DNA from: Mycobacteriales bacterium
GTDB taxonomy: Bacteria > Actinomycetota > Actinomycetes > Mycobacteriales > CADCTP01
Assembly (NCBI GenBank): GCA_039648995.1
Contig: JBBWZH010000059.1
Span: 801 to 64,800, forward strand
DNA length: 64,000 nucleotides
Direction of reading: 5' to 3'
Made by a program: the position numbers and the translations under genes. Shown here piece by piece: positions 59,146-64,000 of the stretch. The notes below the pieces were generated by a model, which saw nothing but the letters and a program-made list of their open reading frames with translations, had not been told where the DNA came from and did not search any database. Position 1 is the first letter of the stretch. Every line of letters starts with the position of its first letter.

Positions 59146-59370
59146 GTGGCTGAGATCTACCAGAACGAGTTCGCGATGGTGGAGGTCTCCCGGTACGAGA
59201 CCGGGAGCGGTGCCCGGCTGCACATCCGCGACCTGGGCAGCGGCGCCGAGGTGTTCCTCGACCCGCTGGAGCTCGAGTCGCTCTGCCGCTGGAAGCACCG
59301 CGACTTCGGCCCGCTGGTCGACCCGAGCGGGGCGGTCAGCCAGCCGGAGCCGGACCCGGACCAGGTGTGA
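59146..59370 (+). CDS. small hypothetical protein (74 aa) within the oxygenase operon
   Basis: GTG start 10 nt after AGGGG. G/C-rich third positions and acidic composition, with no motif recognised. Confidence 0.5.
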   Translation: MAEIYQNEFAMVEVSRYETGSGARLHIRDLGSGAEVFLDPLELESLCRWKHRDFGPLVDPSGAVSQPEPDPDQV

Positions 59371-59456
59371 CGGCGCCGGCCCGGCGCCCCCCTTCGCTCC
59401 GCTCCGCGGCGCCCCAGCCGGCACCTGCGATGCTCACTCCGGGGGGCGCCTCGTGA
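59367..59456 (+). repeat. MIRU-like intercistronic repeat, copy B, with bridging mini-ORF
   Basis: The open frame VTAPARRPPSLRSAAPQPAPAMLTPGGAS starts in a GTGA overlap with the 59146..59370 stop and ends in a GTGA overlap with the dehydrogenase start. It also contains the hairpin GGCGCCCC...GGGGCGCC. Confidence 0.65.
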
Positions 59457-60592
59457 CTGCGCTGCCGGCGGCGGTGCCGCGGGTGGCGCGGGTGGCGGTG
59501 GCGACCGGGGCGTACACGACCGAGCTGCGCGAGTTGCCGGTGCCGGCGGTCGGCCCCGACGACGGGCTGCTGCGGGTGGAGGCGGCCGCGGTCTGCGGCA
59601 CCGACTGGGAGATCTACGGCCGGCGCAGCCGCGGCGCGGGGCTCGGGCCGCTGGTGCTCGGGCACGAGAACGTCGGCCGGATCGTCGCGCTGGGGGAGCG
59701 GGCCGCCGCGCGCTGGGGCGTCGCGGTCGGTGACCGGGTCGCGGTCGAGGAGTTCCTGCCGTGCGGCGCCTGCCCGATGTGTCGGCGCGGGCTCTACCGG
59801 CTCTGCCCGGCCACCGACTCCCGCGGCGGCGGGCCGTTCCTGCGCTACGGCAGCACCCCGATCACCGTCGAACCCGGCCTGTACGGCGGCTTCGCCGAGC
59901 TGATGTACCTGCACCCGCGGGCGATCGTCTACCCGGTCGGCGACGCGGTCGCGCCCGAGATCGCCGCCCTCTACGTGCCGATCGCGAACGGCGTCAACTG
60001 GGTGACGCAGGAGGGCGGCCTGCGCCTCGGCGGCACGCTCGCGGTGATCGGCCCGGGGCAGCACGGGCTCGGCTGCGTGGTGGCCGCACGGGAGGCCGGC
60101 GCCGCCGCGATCGCCGTGATCGGCACCGCCGCGGACCGGCACCGCCTGGACGTGGCCACGGCGCTCGGCGCGGACGCGACGTTCGTCGCCGGCGACGACG
60201 CCGCGGCGGACGACGTGGTCGCCGGCGTGCGGGAGCTGACCGGCGGCGGCGCGGACCTGGTGATCGACCTGGCCCCGGGCGCGGTCGGCACCGTCGCCGA
60301 CGCGGTCGCGATGGCCGGCGTGCGCGGCGCGGTCGGGCTCGCCTCGTCCAAGCACGGGCAGCCCGTACCGGTCCCGCACGACCTGGTGGTACGCCGCGAG
60401 CTGCGGATACTCGGGCTGCGCGGGCACGACGTCCGGTCGGTCGGGCCGGCGCTGGAGCTGATCAGGTCCGGCCGGCACCGGCTCGACCTGCTCGCCACCC
60501 ACCGCTTCCCGCTCGCCGCCACGGCCGACGCGCTCACCCTGGCCGGCGAACGCGCCGACCCCGCCGCGATCCACGTGAGCGTGCTGCCGTGA
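59453..60592 (+). CDS. zinc-binding medium-chain alcohol dehydrogenase family protein
   Basis: CGTDWE and GHENVGRIV catalytic-zinc blocks, CGACPMCRRGLYRLC structural-zinc block, and GPGQHGLG Rossmann motif. Confidence 0.88.
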   Translation: MTALPAAVPRVARVAVATGAYTTELRELPVPAVGPDDGLLRVEAAAVCGTDWEIYGRRSRGAGLGPLVLGHENVGRIVALGERAAARWGVAVGDRVAVEEFLPCGACPMCRRGLYRLCPATDSRGGGPFLRYGSTPITVEPGLYGGFAELMYLHPRAIVYPVGDAVAPEIAALYVPIANGVNWVTQEGGLRLGGTLAVIGPGQHGLGCVVAAREAGAAAIAVIGTAADRHRLDVATALGADATFVAGDDAAADDVVAGVRELTGGGADLVIDLAPGAVGTVADAVAMAGVRGAVGLASSKHGQPVPVPHDLVVRRELRILGLRGHDVRSVGPALELIRSGRHRLDLLATHRFPLAATADALTLAGERADPAAIHVSVLP

Positions 60593-61347
60593 CCGGCCGG
60601 CCGCGGGCGCTACCCGCGCTGCGGGAGACGATTGCGGCCGGGTGCCGGGTGCTGGCGGCCGAGGGCGTGGTGACCGGGACGCTCGGCCACATCAGCGCCC
60701 GGGTCGGCGACCGGATGCTGATCCGCTGCCGCGGCGGGGACGACCGCGGGCTGCTGTTCGCCGCCGACGACGACGTCCGGCTGGTCGATTTCGACGGCCA
60801 CGGCGACGATCCCGGATCCGGCTACCGGGTGCCGAACGAGCTGCCCATCCACGGGGAGCTGTACCGGGCCCGGCCGGGCGTGGCCGCGGTCGTGCACGCG
60901 CATCCCCCGGCGCTGCTGCTGGCCGGGTTGGCCGGGTTGCCGCTGCGGCCGCTGTTCGGCGCCTACAACATCCCGGCGGCCCGGCTCGCGCTGGGCGGTA
61001 TCCCGGTGTGGCCGCGCTCGGCCCTGGTCCGCCGGCCCGAGCTGGCCCACCAGATGATCGCGGCGATGGGCGACCGGCCGGTCTGCGTGCTGCGCGGGCA
61101 CGGCGTGACGGTCACCGGCGACTCCGTCGAGCAGGCCGTGGTCCGCACGCTCGACCTGGACGCGCTGGCCCGGGTCACGCTCGAGCTGGCCCGCCTCGGC
61201 ACGCTGGGCGACGTCCCGGACATCTCCGCCGAGGACCTCGCCGAGCTACCGGATCTCGGCGCCGGCTTCAACGACGCCACCGCGTGGCGGCACTACGTCA
61301 CCAAGACAGATGGGCGTCATGCGGAAGCAACGGACCCGACATCTTGA
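60589..61347 (+). CDS. class II aldolase/adducin-family protein
   Basis: GTGA overlap with the upstream stop. TGTLGHISARV, IHGELY and AVVHAHPP metal-binding His blocks. Confidence 0.85.
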   Translation: MTGRPRALPALRETIAAGCRVLAAEGVVTGTLGHISARVGDRMLIRCRGGDDRGLLFAADDDVRLVDFDGHGDDPGSGYRVPNELPIHGELYRARPGVAAVVHAHPPALLLAGLAGLPLRPLFGAYNIPAARLALGGIPVWPRSALVRRPELAHQMIAAMGDRPVCVLRGHGVTVTGDSVEQAVVRTLDLDALARVTLELARLGTLGDVPDISAEDLAELPDLGAGFNDATAWRHYVTKTDGRHAEATDPTS

Positions 61348-61372
61348 AATGGTCATACCTTTGGACCATAAT
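61344..61372 (+). promoter_or_regulatory. sigma70-like promoter with operator copy 3
   Basis: TTGAAA (61344-61349), 17 nt spacer, CATAAT (61367-61372). The spacer holds ATGGTCATACCT plus the dyad ATGGTC/GACCAT. Confidence 0.55.
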
Positions 61373-61425
61373 CTTGTTCACTCCACCGCCTGATCCCTCC
61401 CGACAACCCGCGAAGAGGAGTGGCT

Positions 61426-61986
61426 GTGCGCAAGGACTACCTGCCCGGCGTTCTGGCTCCGAGCACGAAGAGCGAGTCCGAACTGGCCGCCCGCGACGAG
61501 TTCAACCGGCAGCACCCGCCGATCACCGGCCTGAGCGTGCCGCACGACCTGCGCAAGATGGAACTGCCGGAGCGGCCGTGGCGGAACAACCGGGGCCACT
61601 GGTTCGATCTGGCCGACTACGAGGTGCTCTCCGCGCACCTGGCCGAGCTGAAGCCGGGCAACGCGTCGGTGCGGCACCGGCACACCACCGAGGCCTACCT
61701 CTACGTGGTGAAGGGCTACGGCTACTCGATCGTGAACTACGAGGGCGAGCCCGAGCAGGTCGTGGAGTGGTCGGAGGGCACGCTGTTCGCGCCGCCGCGG
61801 TGGGCCTGGCACCAGCATTTCAACCTCGATGGCGACGACACCGCCCGCTACCTGGCGGTCCAGGACACCGGGCTGCTGCGCACGATGCGGCTACACCAGA
61901 TCGAGCGGCACCCGGTGCAGCTGACGCTGGAGCAGGGCCGGCAGTTGCTCGACGCGGCGCTCGGCGCCAAGGCTGACCAGGGCTGA
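61426..61986 (+). CDS. cupin-domain protein
   Basis: GTG at 61426, 5 nt after GAGGAG (the track start at 61420 is also possible). Cupin motifs VRHRHTTEAYLYVVKGYG and PPRWAWHQHFN. Confidence 0.8.
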   Translation: MRKDYLPGVLAPSTKSESELAARDEFNRQHPPITGLSVPHDLRKMELPERPWRNNRGHWFDLADYEVLSAHLAELKPGNASVRHRHTTEAYLYVVKGYGYSIVNYEGEPEQVVEWSEGTLFAPPRWAWHQHFNLDGDDTARYLAVQDTGLLRTMRLHQIERHPVQLTLEQGRQLLDAALGAKADQG

Positions 61987-62010
61987 GTAGCGGGCGAGAG
62001 GAGCGAGGCG

Positions 62011-63135
62011 ATGAGGCGGACCCGTCCTGTCCTGGCCGGCATGGTGCTGGCGATGGCGATGGCCGGTTGCGGTAGTTCGGTCACCGCGTCCGGGCCGGGT
62101 GGCGGCGGGCCGGCCGCCGACAGTTCGGCCACCGGCGCGTACGCCGTGCTGAACGGTCTGCCGGCCGGCCAGCAGCGGGCCGAGGCGGTCAAGCGGGCCA
62201 AGGCCGAGGGTGGCGCGGTCAGCCTCTACACCTCGATGACCGCCGACGTCGCCGACGCGGTGACCAAGGCGTTCACGGCGCAGACCGGAGTCAAGGTCAC
62301 GGTCTTCCGGGGCAACTCGGAGACCGTGCTGCAGCGGGTGCTGCAGGAGTCCAGCGCGCGCCGGCCCGGTGCCGATGTGGTCGAGACGAATTTCCTGGAG
62401 ATGCAGACGCTGGCGAACCAGAAGGCGTTCACCGCGTACACCGGCGGCGGGCTCGCCGGGGTGCAGCAGGCCGCGAAGTTCGACCTGTGGACCGCGAGCC
62501 GGTTCAACGTGATGCTGCCGGCCTGGAACACCAACCTGATCCCGGCCGGGCAGGAGCCGAAGACCTGGGAGGACCTGGCCGACCCGCGGTTCAAGGGCAA
62601 GATCACCCTCGAGGTGTCGGACAGCGACTGGTACGAGAACCTCAGCAAGTACTGGCTGGACCACGGCAAGACGCAGGCCCAGGTGGACGCGCTCTGGCAG
62701 GGCATCATCGGCAACGCGAAGGTCACCAAGGGCCACACCGTGATGATCGGGCTGCTCGGCGCCGGCCAGACCCCGATGGACGCGATGAACTACAGCTACA
62801 TCACCGAGCGGGCCAAGGAGCAGGGTGCGCCCGTCGCGTACCGCAGCGCGGACGGTGTCGCGCACGTGCCGGCGTTCCCGCGGCCCAACGGGGTCGGCAT
62901 GCTGTCCGGGGCGAAGCACCCGGCCGGCGCCTGGCTGTTCTACGACTGGCTGCTCACCGACGGGCAGAAAGTGCTCGTCCAGCAGCACCTCACGCCGGCG
63001 TCCAAAGTGGAGGGTGACGCCTCGTTGGACGGCATCACGCTGGTCGGCTACGACGTCGACGGGCTGACCAAGGACAGCGAGACCTGGGACAAGCGCTACG
63101 ACGCGCTGCTGCGCGGGGTGCCGGAACAGAAGTAG
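62011..63135 (+). CDS. ABC transporter substrate-binding lipoprotein (family 1, iron/polyamine-type)
   Basis: Lipobox LAMAMAGCGS. The length and blocks (VSLYTSM...VTVFRG, WNTN...) resemble AfuA/PotD-like binding proteins. Confidence 0.8.
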   Translation: MRRTRPVLAGMVLAMAMAGCGSSVTASGPGGGGPAADSSATGAYAVLNGLPAGQQRAEAVKRAKAEGGAVSLYTSMTADVADAVTKAFTAQTGVKVTVFRGNSETVLQRVLQESSARRPGADVVETNFLEMQTLANQKAFTAYTGGGLAGVQQAAKFDLWTASRFNVMLPAWNTNLIPAGQEPKTWEDLADPRFKGKITLEVSDSDWYENLSKYWLDHGKTQAQVDALWQGIIGNAKVTKGHTVMIGLLGAGQTPMDAMNYSYITERAKEQGAPVAYRSADGVAHVPAFPRPNGVGMLSGAKHPAGAWLFYDWLLTDGQKVLVQQHLTPASKVEGDASLDGITLVGYDVDGLTKDSETWDKRYDALLRGVPEQK

Positions 63136-63176
63136 CCCGACCGCTTCCCGTACGCGAGGCGAGAAGGAGGACGCGT

Positions 63177-64000
63177 GTGACCGTCGCCCCGGCCCGCCGC
63201 CGCCCGCTGCTCACCGCCCGGCCGGGCTCCGGCCGGCTGCGGGCCTGGGCCACGCCCCGCACGCTCGTGGTCGGCGCCGCGGTGGTGATCATCGGCTACC
63301 TGGCCGTGGTGCCGCTGTTCTACCTGCTGCACGACACGTTCACCGGGCCGAACGGTTTCACCACGGGCGCGTTCGCCCGCGCCTACGGCGGCAACACGCA
63401 GGCCGGCGAGATGATGCGCAACTCGCTGGTGTTCGCGGTCGGCTCGGCGGTGCTGGCGCTGGTGATCGGCACCGGGCTGGCCTACCTGCAGGTGCGCACC
63501 GACGCGCCGTTCAAGGGCCTGTTCTTCGCCGCCTCGCTGGTGCCGCTGATCATCCCGGCCATCCTCTACGCGGCGGCCTGGATCTTCCTCGCCGACCCGG
63601 ACATCGGGCTGATCAACAACGCCCTGTTCAAGCCGATCCTCGGGCACGGGCTGATCGACGTGTTCAGCGTCCCCGGGATGATCTGGGTGCAGGGCCTGCA
63701 CCTCGCGCCGATCGCCTTCCTGCTGATGGTGGCGGCGTTCCGGGCGATGGACCCGTCGCTGGAGGAGTCCGGGCTGATGTCCGGCGCGTCGCGGCCGCAG
63801 GTGCTGCGCCGGATCACCGCGCCGCTGCTGCGGCCGGCGCTGATCTCGGCGGCGCTGCTGATGTTCGTGCAGTCGCTGGAGAGCTTCGAGGTGCCGGGCC
63901 TGCTCGGCCTGCAGAACGGCACGTACGTGTTCACCAGCCGGATCTACTACGTGCTGCGGACCTACCCGATCGACTTCGGCGCGGCCGGTGCCTATGCGCT
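63177..64000 (+). CDS. ABC transporter permease (partial, runs off the window end)
   Basis: It is not in the ORF track because there is no stop in the window. I read it directly: GTG 6 nt after GAAGGAGG, then VTVAPARRRPLL..., TM segments, and the EAA-like block MDPSLEESGLMSGASRPQVLRRITAPLLRPAL. Confidence 0.8.
   Translation, partial: MTVAPARRRPLLTARPGSGRLRAWATPRTLVVGAAVVIIGYLAVVPLFYLLHDTFTGPNGFTTGAFARAYGGNTQAGEMMRNSLVFAVGSAVLALVIGTGLAYLQVRTDAPFKGLFFAASLVPLIIPAILYAAAWIFLADPDIGLINNALFKPILGHGLIDVFSVPGMIWVQGLHLAPIAFLLMVAAFRAMDPSLEESGLMSGASRPQVLRRITAPLLRPALISAALLMFVQSLESFEVPGLLGLQNGTYVFTSRIYYVLRTYPIDFGAAGAYA

Noticed and set aside
58486-59456. The two bridging mini-ORFs interpreted as conserved functional micropeptides.
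   Set aside because: The conserved block CGCTCCGCTCC is read in different frames in the two copies, and the spacing between blocks differs by 2 nt. Conservation is therefore at the nucleotide level, and the peptide similarity is largely a by-product.
1-64000. A search by eye for tRNA, rRNA, integrase, transposase or prophage genes, or a compositional island that would mark a mobile element.
   Set aside because: No tRNA-like T-arm or anticodon-stem patterns, no rRNA, and no recombinase motifs were seen in any frame. The only mobility-associated gene is the DUF222/HNH gene. AT-rich patches are short and coincide with promoters or operators.

Overview
This 64 kb window comes from a very GC-rich actinobacterial chromosome. 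Third codon positions are almost always G/C, GTG starts are common, and many genes share 4-nt GTGA/ATGA stop-start overlaps. I call about 57 protein-coding genes plus one decayed gene. I found no rRNA, tRNA, CRISPR array, integrase or transposase. Most long ORFs in the six-frame track are Arg/Pro/Gly-rich shadows antisense to real genes, and I rejected them.

Layout:
- 0-3.2 kb: a TIR-like/NB-ARC/TPR STAND NTPase.
- 3-8 kb: AAC(3)-like acetyltransferase, LDH-like/SDR pair, aldehyde dehydrogenase, DinB-like protein.
- 7.9-8.6 kb: vapBC toxin-antitoxin pair.
- 8.8-12.2 kb: large secreted S8 protease.
- 12.2-14.7 kb: five-gene operon resembling MauD/MauE redox maturation factors around a Tat-exported Cys-rich protein.
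- 16-32.7 kb: island of four large SARP/HTH-NB-ARC-TPR regulators interleaved with small secreted proteins.
- 32.7-38.9 kb: DUF4032-like gene, two-component system, MFS exporter.
- 40-47.9 kb: CBM2 protein and a cell-envelope glycosylation cluster (GT39-like, GT2, DUF2304-like, GtrA, large polytopic membrane protein).
- 48-52.3 kb: TetR, phosphotriesterase-like, acyl-CoA ligase and VOC genes.
- 52.5-54 kb: DUF222/HNH gene.
- 54-55 kb: EACC1-like gene next to a frameshifted caspase remnant.
- 55-64 kb: GntR-controlled Rieske dioxygenase, dehydrogenase, aldolase, cupin and ABC transporter cluster.

Most noteworthy observations:
1. An orphaned EACC1-like conflict-system gene with a decayed caspase effector.
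2. Two MIRU-like intercistronic repeats inside the dioxygenase operon, each carrying a mini-ORF that bridges the flanking genes by GTGA overlaps. One copy is flanked by an 11-bp duplication.
3. The iterated arrangement of STAND regulators and secreted proteins, with one NB-ARC/TPR chassis carrying three different N-terminal output domains (TIR, SARP, HTH).
4. A MauD/MauE-like operon around an unrecognised Tat substrate.
5. An identical AT-rich operator (TGGTCATACC) at three promoters.
6. A 167-nt element closed by a perfect 15-bp inverted repeat.

All family assignments come from motif recognition by eye and need HMM or BLAST confirmation.
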